Shown piece by piece: positions 26,820-35,190 of a stretch of 60,662 bases of DNA (its first letter is position 1; each line of letters starts with the position of its first letter). The DNA is from Candidatus Omnitrophota bacterium. GTDB taxonomy: Bacteria; Omnitrophota; Gorgyraeia; Zapsychrales; Fredricksoniimonadaceae. The stretch covers positions 1-60,662 of the forward strand of contig JADFXX010000013.1 of assembly GCA_015233335.1 (NCBI GenBank), in the 5' to 3' direction. The notes under the pieces are model-generated. The model did no database searches. It had not been told where the DNA came from and saw only the letters and a list, made by a program, of their open reading frames with translations. The translations under genes and the position numbers were made by a program.

Positions 26820-27038
26820 ATGGCTTTAAGTACTGTTAAAAAGACCGCATTCACATCCCGTGAATCCAAGAGCAGGGAAGAAATTCCTGTCACACAAACA
26901 CCTGTCCCCAAAGTTGATATCTTGAAGAAAATTCAAGAGAAGGCTTATGAACTTTATCTTAAGCGTAACGGCGGACCTGGCAGCGCTGAGGAAGATTGGG
27001 CTCAAGCGGAAAAAATTGTCAAGAGCAGTTTAAGATAG
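26820..27038 (+). CDS. small DUF2934-like protein
   Basis: ATG at 26820 behind CAGGAGGG. The 72-aa product has the motif IQEKAYELYLKRNGGPGSAEEDWAQAEKIV. The ORF-track start at 26757 is a non-ATG codon with no RBS. Confidence 0.7.
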   Translation: MALSTVKKTAFTSRESKSREEIPVTQTPVPKVDILKKIQEKAYELYLKRNGGPGSAEEDWAQAEKIVKSSLR

Positions 27039-27054
27039 ATCGTTTAAAATTTTC

Positions 27055-27083
27055 TTGACAAGCGGTTTTTTATCAGGTATAGT
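27055..27083 (+). promoter_or_regulatory. near-consensus sigma70 promoter of the amtB-glnB leader
   Basis: TTGACA (27055-60), 17 nt, TATAGT (27078-83). Confidence 0.65.
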
Positions 27084-27101
27084 TACATTGTAATTTAAGA
27101 A

Positions 27102-27177
27102 GTCTGGAGCATGGATGTTCTAGACAGACATAAGGGCATTGATAAGTCCTCTTAGGGAAAGATCCCCAAGAGGACTT
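27102..27177 (+). promoter_or_regulatory. tandem hexaloop hairpins P1 and P2 in the amtB leader (ANTAR-target-like)
   Basis: P1, 27102-27125: 9-bp stem GUCUGGAGC/GUUCUAGAC with loop AUGGAU. P2, 27144-27177: 13 bp plus 1 mismatch with loop AAAGAU, followed by CUUAUUUUA. Both loops have A at position 1 and G at position 4. Confidence 0.5.
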
Positions 27178-27198
27178 CTTATTTTAGGGGCATAGAAG

Positions 27199-27241
27199 TC
27201 CGGTTTTATATGCGTTGGAGCATATGGAATCGGGTTTTTTT
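27199..27241 (+). terminator. intrinsic terminator inside the amtB leader
   Basis: 15-bp stem UCCGGUUUUAUAUGC/GCAUAUGGAAUCGGG (including G-U pairs) with loop GUUGGA, followed by 7 consecutive U. It lies about 190 nt upstream of the amtB ATG. Confidence 0.7.
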
Positions 27242-27279
27242 ATTGTCTAAAAAAAGAAGCACGAAAAGGGGGCATGCTT

Positions 27280-27402
27280 ATGAGCGTACCCGAGGGTTTA
27301 AAAGTCAGTAAAGTTTCAGAAATATCAGCTTTAATATTTGCTTTTTCCCAGTTGGCCTTGGCGATCGGGTTATTTTGGGATTGTAAAGTAAATATATTTT
27401 AA
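27280..27402 (+). CDS. possible 40-codon hydrophobic leader ORF
   Basis: AAAAGGGGG precedes ATG 27274 and ATG 27280. The product is MSVPEGLKVSKVSEISALIFAFSQLALAIGLFWDCKVNIF, with one TM-like segment. It falls below the ORF-track size cutoff. Confidence 0.2.
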   Translation: MSVPEGLKVSKVSEISALIFAFSQLALAIGLFWDCKVNIF

Positions 27403-27428
27403 CCAGTATATCAACGGAGGAACATGTA

Positions 27429-28694
27429 ATGGGAACAACACCACCAGTAAATCCTATTAATTCAGGCGATACGGCATGGGTCCTGGTATCTTCAGCTTTA
27501 GTCTTGCTGATGACGGCACCGGGACTGGCCCTATTTTATGGGGGCATGGTCAGGCGCAAAAACATTTTAAGCGTTTTAATGCAATGTTTTATGTGTCTGG
27601 CTATTGTCAGTGTTTTATGGGTAGTGTATGGATACAGTTTGGCCTTTGGTAAGGGGACAGGTTGGTCAGCTCCTTTTATCGGCGGCTTGCAATGGTTTAT
27701 GCTTAATGGGGTTGATATTAACACTCCTAATGCGGATTATGCGGCAACTATTCCACATCAAGCATACATGATCTTCCAGATGATGTTCGCGGTTATCACC
27801 CCGGCATTGGTTATTGGTTCTTTTGCTGAACGGGTCAAATTTTCCGCGTTTGTGTGGTTTACCGTTTTATGGCTGACCTTTGTTTATTGCCCCATCGCTC
27901 ACATGGTCTGGGCATCTGACGGTTTGGCCGGCCATACTTGGGGGGCATTGGATTTTGCCGGAGGGACAGTTGTGCACATGAATGCTGGACTAGCAGGGCT
28001 GGTAACCGCCTTATTCTTAGGTAAACGCCTGGGGACAGATAAACCCGGTATGCACAATGTGCCTTATGTAATGATCGGTGCCAGTCTTTTATGGTTTGGC
28101 TGGTTTGGTTTTAATGCCGGTTCTGCTGTTTCTGCAGGCGGGCTTGCGACCAGCGCTTTTGTGGTGACACACACAGCAACAGCTGCAGCGGCCATAAGCT
28201 GGGCTGTTTGTGAGTGGATTTTTACTGGAAAACCTACCATGGTAGGAGCTGCTTCCGGAGCTGTGGCGGGCTTAGTCGCCATTACCCCGGCTTCAGGCTT
28301 TGTCAATGCCGGCGGCGCATTATGGATCGGTTTCTTAGTCAGCATTTTTTGCTATTTCATGGTCTCTTACGTCAAACCGAAATTGGGCTATGATGATACG
28401 CTGGATGCTTTTGGCGTACACTTTATAGGCGGAACGTGGGGAGCCCTCGCAACCGGATTGTTTGCCGTAAAAGCGATTAATGCTGCCGGATCCGGACTTT
28501 TTGACGGAAACCCGGGACAGTTGCTTATTCAGGCCAAGGCCTGCGGGTTGACTATTCTGTACTGCGGGATCGTCACATGGATCATCTGTCTGATTATAGA
28601 CAAAACCATTGGTATGCGTACGACTTCGGAGGATGAAGTTTTAGGTCTGGATATTAGCCAGCACCATGAACGTGCGTATACTATTTTAGACTAA
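27429..28694 (+). CDS. amtB: ammonium transporter
   Basis: GGTVVHMNAGLAGL, WFGWFGFNAGS and VHFIGGTWGAL. GGAGG lies 8 nt upstream of the ATG. Confidence 0.95.
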   Translation: MGTTPPVNPINSGDTAWVLVSSALVLLMTAPGLALFYGGMVRRKNILSVLMQCFMCLAIVSVLWVVYGYSLAFGKGTGWSAPFIGGLQWFMLNGVDINTPNADYAATIPHQAYMIFQMMFAVITPALVIGSFAERVKFSAFVWFTVLWLTFVYCPIAHMVWASDGLAGHTWGALDFAGGTVVHMNAGLAGLVTALFLGKRLGTDKPGMHNVPYVMIGASLLWFGWFGFNAGSAVSAGGLATSAFVVTHTATAAAAISWAVCEWIFTGKPTMVGAASGAVAGLVAITPASGFVNAGGALWIGFLVSIFCYFMVSYVKPKLGYDDTLDAFGVHFIGGTWGALATGLFAVKAINAAGSGLFDGNPGQLLIQAKACGLTILYCGIVTWIICLIIDKTIGMRTTSEDEVLGLDISQHHERAYTILD

Positions 28695-28727
28695 GACGAC
28701 AGCAGTTAAACTAAGGAGGATTTATCC

Positions 28728-29069
28728 ATGAAATTAGTGATTGCAATTATTCAGCCCTATAGGCTCGATGATGTCAAAAAAGAGCTTTATGCGGCGGAAG
28801 TAAACCTGATTACCGTGTCTGAAGTTTTAGGCCACGGCCGGCAGATCGGCGTCGATGAGTTTTATCGCGGGGTCAAGGAAACCGGGAATTTACTGCGAAA
28901 AATTCGTTTAGAGATCGCGGTCAATGAGGACTTTGTCGAGCCGACTATCAAGGCCATCATCAAAGGTGCGCGTGTCGGTAAGATCGGAGACGGTAAAATT
29001 TTCGTCTTGGATCTGCCAAGATGTATACGCATCCGTACCGGAGAAGAAGGATCAAAGGCCATTGGGTAG
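28728..29069 (+). CDS. glnB: PII nitrogen regulatory protein (GlnB/GlnK family)
   Basis: Aligns over its full length with E. coli GlnB as I recall it (IIQPYRLDDV, GKIGDGKIFV, IRIRTGEE). T-loop position 51 is Glu rather than Tyr. Confidence 0.93.
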   Translation: MKLVIAIIQPYRLDDVKKELYAAEVNLITVSEVLGHGRQIGVDEFYRGVKETGNLLRKIRLEIAVNEDFVEPTIKAIIKGARVGKIGDGKIFVLDLPRCIRIRTGEEGSKAIG

Positions 29070-29080
29070 TTCTAAAAAAC

Positions 29081-29109
29081 TTGACAGTTTTGGGTGGATA
29101 TATTATTAT
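29081..29109 (+). promoter_or_regulatory. near-consensus sigma70 promoter of the type III GS gene
   Basis: TTGACA (29081-86), 17 nt, TATTAT (29104-09). Confidence 0.6.
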
Positions 29110-29132
29110 GCCCCATTACTGTGAGGGCAATG

Positions 29133-29180
29133 AAGTCCTCCTTCAGGAAGCAATTTGCTTGGAGGAGGACTTTTGTCTTT
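29133..29180 (+). terminator. terminator-like hairpin in the glutamine synthetase leader
   Basis: 12-bp basal helix AAGUCCUCCUUC/GGAGGAGGACUU, an AGG bulge, and the apical helix AAGC/GCUU, followed by UUGUCUUU. The basal 8 bp are identical to P2 of the amtB leader. Confidence 0.55.
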
Positions 29181-29215
29181 AATATAAAAAAATAGTTACT
29201 ATATAGGAGGGTATT

Positions 29216-31360
29216 ATGAGTCAAGCTCGCGAAGAGTTCCTTCAGGCAGCTTGTTCCGAAGAGAGCTGCTGTAATGGTTCTTTCAGTGAACATTTGCCTG
29301 AACATTTCGGCGAAAACGTGTTTAGTCTCAAGGTGATGAAAGAAATGCTTTCTCCCAAGGCCTATGTTTCTATCGAGAAAACTATTAAAGAAGGCGGTAA
29401 GTTGGACGTTTCTATTGCTGATGAAGTCGCTGAGGCTATGAAAAAATGGGCCATTGCCAAGGGGGCCACACATTTTACGCACTGGTTTCAGCCTATGACC
29501 GGCGTGACCGCTGAAAAGCATGATTCATTTATCGATTGGGATGGCAATGGAGGGGTCGTTTTAAATTTCTCCGGTAAAAATCTTATTCAAGGTGAGCCGG
29601 ATGCCTCTTCTTTTCCTTCCGGCGGTTTGCGAGCTACTTTTGAAGCCCGCGGGTACACTGGTTGGGATCCCACATCTCCGGCTTTTATCAAAGAAGGACC
29701 GGAAGCGACCACCTTGTGCATACCGACATTCTATGTCGGGTACCATGGGGAGGCTTTGGATAAAAAGACGCCTTTGTTGCGTTCCATGGTTGCATTAAGC
29801 AAGCAGGTTTGCCGTCTTGCTAGTCTTTTCGGAATTGATACCAAGGGCAAGCGCGCGTATTGCACATTAGGCCCTGAGCAGGAATATTTCTTGATTGATA
29901 AGGCTCATTATGAGGCTCGCATGGATTTGGTGCAATCAGGCCGTACGCTCTTCGGCAGAAAGCCGGCCAAGCATCAGCAACAGGAAGATCATTATTTTGG
30001 AGCCATCAAACCCCGTATTATGGGTTTCATGGAAGATTTGGACCGTACATTGTGGGGTTTAGGGATGCCGTCAAAGACTCGTCACAATGAAGTGGCCCCG
30101 GCCCAGTATGAAATGGCGCCGATCTATGAAGAATTGAATATCGCGGTTGATCATAATATGATGGCTATGGAAGTTATGCGGCAGGTCGCTGATAAGCATG
30201 GTCTGGTCTGTTTATTGCATGAGAAACCATTTGCCGGCATCAACGGTTCCGGGAAGCATAACAACTGGTCTGTGGTTGGTCCCGACGGGAAAAACTGGCT
30301 TTATCCTGGAAAGACACCGCATGATAATGCCAAGTTTTTGGCTTTGCTTTGTGCGGTCATCAAAGGTGTGGACACTTATGCTGATCTTTTGCGCGTCACT
30401 GTGGCCACAGCCGGAAATGATCATCGTCTGGGGGCCAATGAGGCTCCTCCTGCGATCGTGTCCATCTTTTTAGGGGAGCAACTGACCGATATTATCGAGC
30501 AAATTGAAAAGGGTGGGGCAAAGACCTCCAAAGAGGGAGGGGTCTTGCAGGTTGGCGTTGATTCCCTGCCGCAATTAGCTAAGGATACGACTGACCGTAA
30601 CCGGTCTTCGACCTTTGCTTTCACCGGGGCCAAGTTTGAGTTCCGTGCGGTTGGCTCTAATATGAATCCGTCGGCGTCCAATATGGTGCTCAACACCATC
30701 GTAGCAGAGGCGATTTCCGATATTTGTGATAAGCTGGAAGAGGACAAAAGTGCGGGTAAGGATTTTAATACCAGCCTGCAAAAAGTCCTTCAGGAGGTTA
30801 TTAGGAAACACAAGAGAGTGGTTTATAATGGGGACAATTATGTTCCCCAATGGCAAACCGAGGCCAAGAAGCGTGGCTTACCCAATTTAAGGAATACGCC
30901 TGAAGCGTTAGAAGCCATTAAGGCAAAGAAAAATGTACAAGTCTTAGTTAAACATGGTGTTTTGACCGAGGTCGAAATTGCTTCTCGATATGAGATCAAC
31001 AAACACGCCTATCACACAGTTTTGGTTTTGGAAGGCGATTGTGCGGTCACGATAGCCAGAACACAGTTGATCCCGGCTGCTATTGAGTATCAAAATCAAC
31101 TGGCACAGACGATTAAGTCTGTCGGTGGTGCCGGAAAAACAACAGGTCAAAAGAAACTGCTCAAGCAGGTTTCCGGCTTAATCGATCAGGCATTGAGCGA
31201 CTCCGATGCGCTGGATGCGGCTTTAGCTAAACATGACGCGGCCAAAATTTTTGCAGGTATGGCCCGTTTGCGTGAGACCATTGATGAGTTGGAAGGTTTG
31301 GTCCCGGCTAATCTATGGCCTTTGCCCAGTTACGCGGAAATGCTGTTGATGAATGCGTAA
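29216..31360 (+). CDS. glnN: glutamine synthetase type III
   Basis: 714 aa, which is the type III length class. Contains [13 protein letters not shown] and [20 protein letters not shown]. Confidence 0.9.
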   Translation: MSQAREEFLQAACSEESCCNGSFSEHLPEHFGENVFSLKVMKEMLSPKAYVSIEKTIKEGGKLDVSIADEVAEAMKKWAIAKGATHFTHWFQPMTGVTAEKHDSFIDWDGNGGVVLNFSGKNLIQGEPDASSFPSGGLRATFEARGYTGWDPTSPAFIKEGPEATTLCIPTFYVGYHGEALDKKTPLLRSMVALSKQVCRLASLFGIDTKGKRAYCTLGPEQEYFLIDKAHYEARMDLVQSGRTLFGRKPAKHQQQEDHYFGAIKPRIMGFMEDLDRTLWGLGMPSKTRHNEVAPAQYEMAPIYEELNIAVDHNMMAMEVMRQVADKHGLVCLLHEKPFAGINGSGKHNNWSVVGPDGKNWLYPGKTPHDNAKFLALLCAVIKGVDTYADLLRVTVATAGNDHRLGANEAPPAIVSIFLGEQLTDIIEQIEKGGAKTSKEGGVLQVGVDSLPQLAKDTTDRNRSSTFAFTGAKFEFRAVGSNMNPSASNMVLNTIVAEAISDICDKLEEDKSAGKDFNTSLQKVLQEVIRKHKRVVYNGDNYVPQWQTEAKKRGLPNLRNTPEALEAIKAKKNVQVLVKHGVLTEVEIASRYEINKHAYHTVLVLEGDCAVTIARTQLIPAAIEYQNQLAQTIKSVGGAGKTTGQKKLLKQVSGLIDQALSDSDALDAALAKHDAAKIFAGMARLRETIDELEGLVPANLWPLPSYAEMLLMNA

Positions 31361-31396
31361 TTGATGGATTAAGAAATAGAAATGAAAAAAGTAGAA

Positions 31397-31455
31397 AAAG
31401 TAGGGACAGACACTACTTTCGTAAAGAAAGTAGTGTCTGTCCCTACTTTTTTTGT
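31397..31455 (+). terminator. strong intrinsic terminator after the glutamine synthetase gene
   Basis: Perfect 23-bp stem (31397-31419 pairs with 31427-31449), 7-nt loop, then a T-run. The A-run on the 5' side would allow termination in both directions. Confidence 0.85.
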
Positions 31456-31478
31456 TTTTATATAGTATAATCTTCGGT

Positions 31479-32201
31479 ATGATATTGATCGTTAAACACA
31501 TTGACATTGAAGGTCCGGGCACGTTGGGAGATTTTCTTAAAGCCCGCAAAGAGCCCTTTCAAATCATCGAGCTTGGGGAGGGGGAAAGAATTCCTCCTGA
31601 TCCTCGTGTCTTTTCGGGAGTAGTTGTTTTGGGAGGGCCCATGAATGTTTATGAGGAAGATATCTATCCGTTTCTAAAAGAGGAAAATAATTTTATTCAA
31701 AATGTTTTGAATGACGGAGTTCCTTTTTTAGGAATCTGTCTGGGGGCACAGCTGTTAGCCAAGGCAGCCGGAGCTTTAGTTGTACGATCACCGGTCAAGG
31801 AAATAGGATGGTACCATATAACACTGACCCCTGAGGGAAAAACAGATCCCTTGTTTGCGGGTTTCTGCCCTCAAGATCCTGTCTACCAGTGGCATGGGGA
31901 CATGTTTCAAATACCTCTCGGCGGAAAATTATTAGCAGTGGCCGAGGGTTGTCCCCATCAGGCGATTAAAGTTGGCAGCAATGCATACGGGTTACAATTT
32001 CATATTGAAATTACCGACAAAAGTATCCAAGAGTGGGGTGAGAAATATTGTCAGACAGACCTGCCGGGGCGCTTGGATCATGCAAAGGTGATGGTGGATG
32101 ATTACTATAAGTACAGGCATGTTTTTACAAATCAAGCACAAAGACTGTATCAAAATCTTTTGGAAATAATCCATGCTAACCATAGCCCTTGCACAAATTA
32201 A
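31479..32201 (+). CDS. class I glutamine amidotransferase-like protein
   Basis: GICLGAQLLA nucleophile elbow and HIE near the C-terminus. I trimmed the ORF-track start at 31452 to the ATG at 31479 (MILIVKHIDIEGPG). Confidence 0.8.
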   Translation: MILIVKHIDIEGPGTLGDFLKARKEPFQIIELGEGERIPPDPRVFSGVVVLGGPMNVYEEDIYPFLKEENNFIQNVLNDGVPFLGICLGAQLLAKAAGALVVRSPVKEIGWYHITLTPEGKTDPLFAGFCPQDPVYQWHGDMFQIPLGGKLLAVAEGCPHQAIKVGSNAYGLQFHIEITDKSIQEWGEKYCQTDLPGRLDHAKVMVDDYYKYRHVFTNQAQRLYQNLLEIIHANHSPCTN

Positions 32202-33783
32202 TCCTACTGTCGGGGACTTAACCGGCAATTCGCGGAAAATTTTAAAGTTTACCCTGCAGGCTCAAAAGCAAGGCGCTGACCTTGTTATTTTTCCCGAACT
32301 GGCTCTTTGTGGCTACCCTCCGGAGGACTTGCTCTTAAAAAAACATTTTGTGGCAGATAATATTAAAGCATTGGATGCATTGTCCCATAAAATTCGGGGG
32401 ATCAGCGTTATTATAGGTTTTGTGGACAGCGATGGAGACGGCAAAATTTATAATGCTGCCGCGATCATCAGGGATGGGAAGATCAGGGATGTTTATTACA
32501 AACATGAATTGCCGAATTACGGTGTTTTTGACGAAAAAAGATATTTCTCATGCGGGATAGATTCAGGGATTTGGACCATCAAGGGGGTCAAGCTCGCCGT
32601 CAATATTTGTGAAGATATTTGGACGCGCGGCGGTGTCTGGGAGGCGCAAGCCCGTGCAGGCGCCAGGATTTTGATCAATATTTCTTCATCACCCTATCAT
32701 GCAGGGAAGATAAAAATGCGCCAGGACCTTTTGAAGAGCCGGGCCCAAAAGACGAAAACATATTGGGTGTATGTCAATGCGGTCGGCGGTCAGGATGAAC
32801 TTGTTTTTGACGGGGGAAGTATGGCGATCGCTCCTGATGGACAGCTATTGGCGCGGGCTCGGCAATTTGAAGAGCAATTGCTATTAGTGCCCGTTGGTCA
32901 TCATGACGCAGGGGGATCCTTGGAGCCATTTTTGGATGAGTCTGAGGAAATTTATAAAGCTTTGGTTTTAGGCACGCGTGACTATGCGGCAAAAAATGGA
33001 TTTAAAAAAGTGGCCTTAGGTCTAAGCGGGGGTGTTGATTCAGCCTTGGTTGCCTGTATTGCTTGTGATGCATTTGGCCCTGCCAATGTTATGGCTATTT
33101 CCATGCCAAGCTCCTTTAACAGCAAAGCCACTCGACTGGATGCCAGGCAATTGGCTCGAAACTTAGGGATTGAGTTTAAGGAAATTCCGATCAAGATAAT
33201 TTTCAGGGACTACTTAAAAACATTGGCCCCCTATTTTGCCGGAAGATCTTCTGATTCAACTGAGGAAAATATTCAGGCCCGTATCCGTGGGAATATTCTG
33301 ATGGCTTTTGCGAATAAATTCGGAGGATTGATCTTAACCACCGGCAATAAAAGTGAAACGGCGGTTGGATATTGCACTCTTTACGGGGACATGTCCGGAG
33401 GCTATGCGGTCATCAAGGATGTTTTTAAGACAAAGGTTTATGAACTAGCCAGGTATCGCAACAGCATTTCTAAATCTCCCGTGATCCCTAAAAGTATTCT
33501 ACTGCGCTCACCGACGGCAGAGCTGCGTAAAGGGCAAACGGATGAAGAGACGCTGGGGGCTTATGAGGATTTAGATAAAGTTTTAATGGCGTATATCGAG
33601 CAGCATGCTTCTTATCAGGATATTATTGAAAACGGGATGGATCCTCAATGGGTGTCAAGGACCATCCGCCGGGTAGATGCGAATGAATACAAACGACGGC
33701 AAGCACCACCTGGCGTTAAAATTACCCCGTGCGCTTTTGGCAAAGACTGGCGCCTGCCGATTACCAACAAGTATAAAGAATGA
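32173..33783 (+). CDS. nadE: glutamine-dependent NAD+ synthetase
   Basis: N-terminal CN-hydrolase domain (FPELALCGYPPEDL, NICEDIW) and a C-terminal SGGVDS PP-loop synthetase domain. Confidence 0.93.
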   Translation: MLTIALAQINPTVGDLTGNSRKILKFTLQAQKQGADLVIFPELALCGYPPEDLLLKKHFVADNIKALDALSHKIRGISVIIGFVDSDGDGKIYNAAAIIRDGKIRDVYYKHELPNYGVFDEKRYFSCGIDSGIWTIKGVKLAVNICEDIWTRGGVWEAQARAGARILINISSSPYHAGKIKMRQDLLKSRAQKTKTYWVYVNAVGGQDELVFDGGSMAIAPDGQLLARARQFEEQLLLVPVGHHDAGGSLEPFLDESEEIYKALVLGTRDYAAKNGFKKVALGLSGGVDSALVACIACDAFGPANVMAISMPSSFNSKATRLDARQLARNLGIEFKEIPIKIIFRDYLKTLAPYFAGRSSDSTEENIQARIRGNILMAFANKFGGLILTTGNKSETAVGYCTLYGDMSGGYAVIKDVFKTKVYELARYRNSISKSPVIPKSILLRSPTAELRKGQTDEETLGAYEDLDKVLMAYIEQHASYQDIIENGMDPQWVSRTIRRVDANEYKRRQAPPGVKITPCAFGKDWRLPITNKYKE

Positions 33784-34475
33784 AATTATCTATTGTTATT
33801 CCCGTCTATAATGAGGAGGCGACCCTTGAGACGATTATCTCAAAGGTCCAGGAGGCCCCTCTCCCTCACGGACTGTCCCGTGAAATAGTGATTGTCAATG
33901 ACGGATCCAGCGACAGAACCACAGAAATTCTAAAACGTTGGGGGGATAAGCCGGGCTGGATCATTGTTCATCAGATCAACCAGGGGAAAGCCGCCGCTCT
34001 TTTAACCGGATTCAAACAAGCGACCGGTGATATTTTTCTTATTCAGGACGCAGATTTGGAGTATGACCCGATGGAGTATCCTAAGCTTTTAAATCCCATT
34101 TTGGACGGTAGCTCCCAAGTGGTATATGGGTCAAGATTTTTAGGGCGCATTAAAGATATGGAGCCGGTCAACCGTTGGGCCAATCAAATTTCCAACCAGA
34201 CCGTCAAGATGCTTTATGGTGTTGGCATGACGGATATCAACACTTGTTATAAGGTTTTTACGCGTCAAGCCCTAGAGGGGATCACGATCACTTCTCAACG
34301 TTTTGCCTTTGATACCGAGTTTACGGTGAAGTTATTGCGCTTGGGATATTCGATCAGAGAAGTCGCTATTGATTATACGGCCCGCTCACGTCAGGCAGGG
34401 AAAAAAATCAACTGGACCACGGCCCTTGAAATGTATTGGCAGATCATCAAATACCGGTTTATTGGAGGGAGATAA
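33780..34475 (+). CDS. family 2 glycosyltransferase, polyprenyl-phosphate sugar synthase-like (DPM1/GtrB/ArnC type)
   Basis: VIPVYNEE, VNDGSSD and QDADLEYDP motifs. Soluble, 231 aa. ATGA overlap with nadE. Confidence 0.8.
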   Translation: MKLSIVIPVYNEEATLETIISKVQEAPLPHGLSREIVIVNDGSSDRTTEILKRWGDKPGWIIVHQINQGKAAALLTGFKQATGDIFLIQDADLEYDPMEYPKLLNPILDGSSQVVYGSRFLGRIKDMEPVNRWANQISNQTVKMLYGVGMTDINTCYKVFTRQALEGITITSQRFAFDTEFTVKLLRLGYSIREVAIDYTARSRQAGKKINWTTALEMYWQIIKYRFIGGR

Positions 34476-34476
34476 T

Positions 34477-35184
34477 ATGTCTTCGGACATGTTTGAAACG
34501 CTCTGTGTTATTCGAGGATCCCTCAGGTATAATGCATGGCTTTACAACCGCATTAAACGGCATTTACGGGGAATTATTTGGGACATCGGCAGCGGATTGG
34601 GAGACATCGCCATGCAGTTTAATGAGCCGTGTATTGAAGAGGTCATTCTTTCAGATTATGACCCGAGGATGCTGAACACATTAAGACACACCCTTCTTCC
34701 TTTGAAAAATTATCGCGTCGTTCCTTTGGACATAGCCGATCCGCAATTGCCCGTCAGTCATCCCGGAGGCATTGCGGATACCATCACCTGCATTAATGTG
34801 CTGGAACATATTGAAAAGGACGTGACGGCCTTGAAGCATATGGGCCATTTATTAAAAAAAGGAGGCAAGGCCGTTATTTTTGTCCCTGCCTTGCCGGGGA
34901 TTTTTGGCACCTTAGATAGCAGTGTCGGTCATTATCGCCGCTATACCAAGAAAACCTTGAGCGTCGCTTTAAAAGAAGCAGGTTTTGTCGTCACTGATGC
35001 TTATTACATGAATATGTTTGGCATACTCACCTGGTTTTTAACCGGCCGGATATTAAAGCAGAAGGAATTCCATAAAGATGCCTGCCATATGCTAGACAGG
35101 ATCGTCCCAAGCTTGAGGGCGCTGGAATCATGGGGCAGCCCTCCGGTTGGACAATCGTTGATCATGGTCGCCCGTATTTCTTAA
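34477..35184 (+). CDS. class I SAM-dependent methyltransferase
   Basis: WDIGSGLGD motif I and VLEHIEKD. I trimmed the ORF-track start to the ATG at 34477, which lies 1 nt after the GT2 stop codon. Confidence 0.8.
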   Translation: MSSDMFETLCVIRGSLRYNAWLYNRIKRHLRGIIWDIGSGLGDIAMQFNEPCIEEVILSDYDPRMLNTLRHTLLPLKNYRVVPLDIADPQLPVSHPGGIADTITCINVLEHIEKDVTALKHMGHLLKKGGKAVIFVPALPGIFGTLDSSVGHYRRYTKKTLSVALKEAGFVVTDAYYMNMFGILTWFLTGRILKQKEFHKDACHMLDRIVPSLRALESWGSPPVGQSLIMVARIS

Positions 35185-35190
35185 ACCCTT

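Noticed and set aside
27104-27230. The repeated TGGAGCAT as a possible sigma54 (-24/-12) promoter for nitrogen genes.
   Set aside because: Neither copy has a GC or TTGC element at the required spacing from the GG (TGGCAC-N5-TTGC). Both copies are better explained as parts of RNA hairpins.
27090-27428. A glutamine riboswitch (glnA RNA) or another known riboswitch in the amtB leader.
   Set aside because: I could not recognise the conserved core of the glutamine riboswitch as I remember it. This is a weak negative without a covariance-model scan.
27424-27431. An ATG-TAA start-stop mini-ORF overlapping the amtB start codon (ATGTAATG).
   Set aside because: The GGAGG at 27416-20 is only 3 nt from this ATG but an ideal 8 nt from the amtB ATG at 27429. 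The start-stop is therefore probably a coincidence.
29072-29521. 149-aa minus-strand ORF spanning the GS promoter, leader and 5' end. A similar ORF lies at 31313-31549, across the terminator.
   Set aside because: It overlaps a well-supported promoter, leader and CDS on the other strand, and has no RBS or recognisable motifs.
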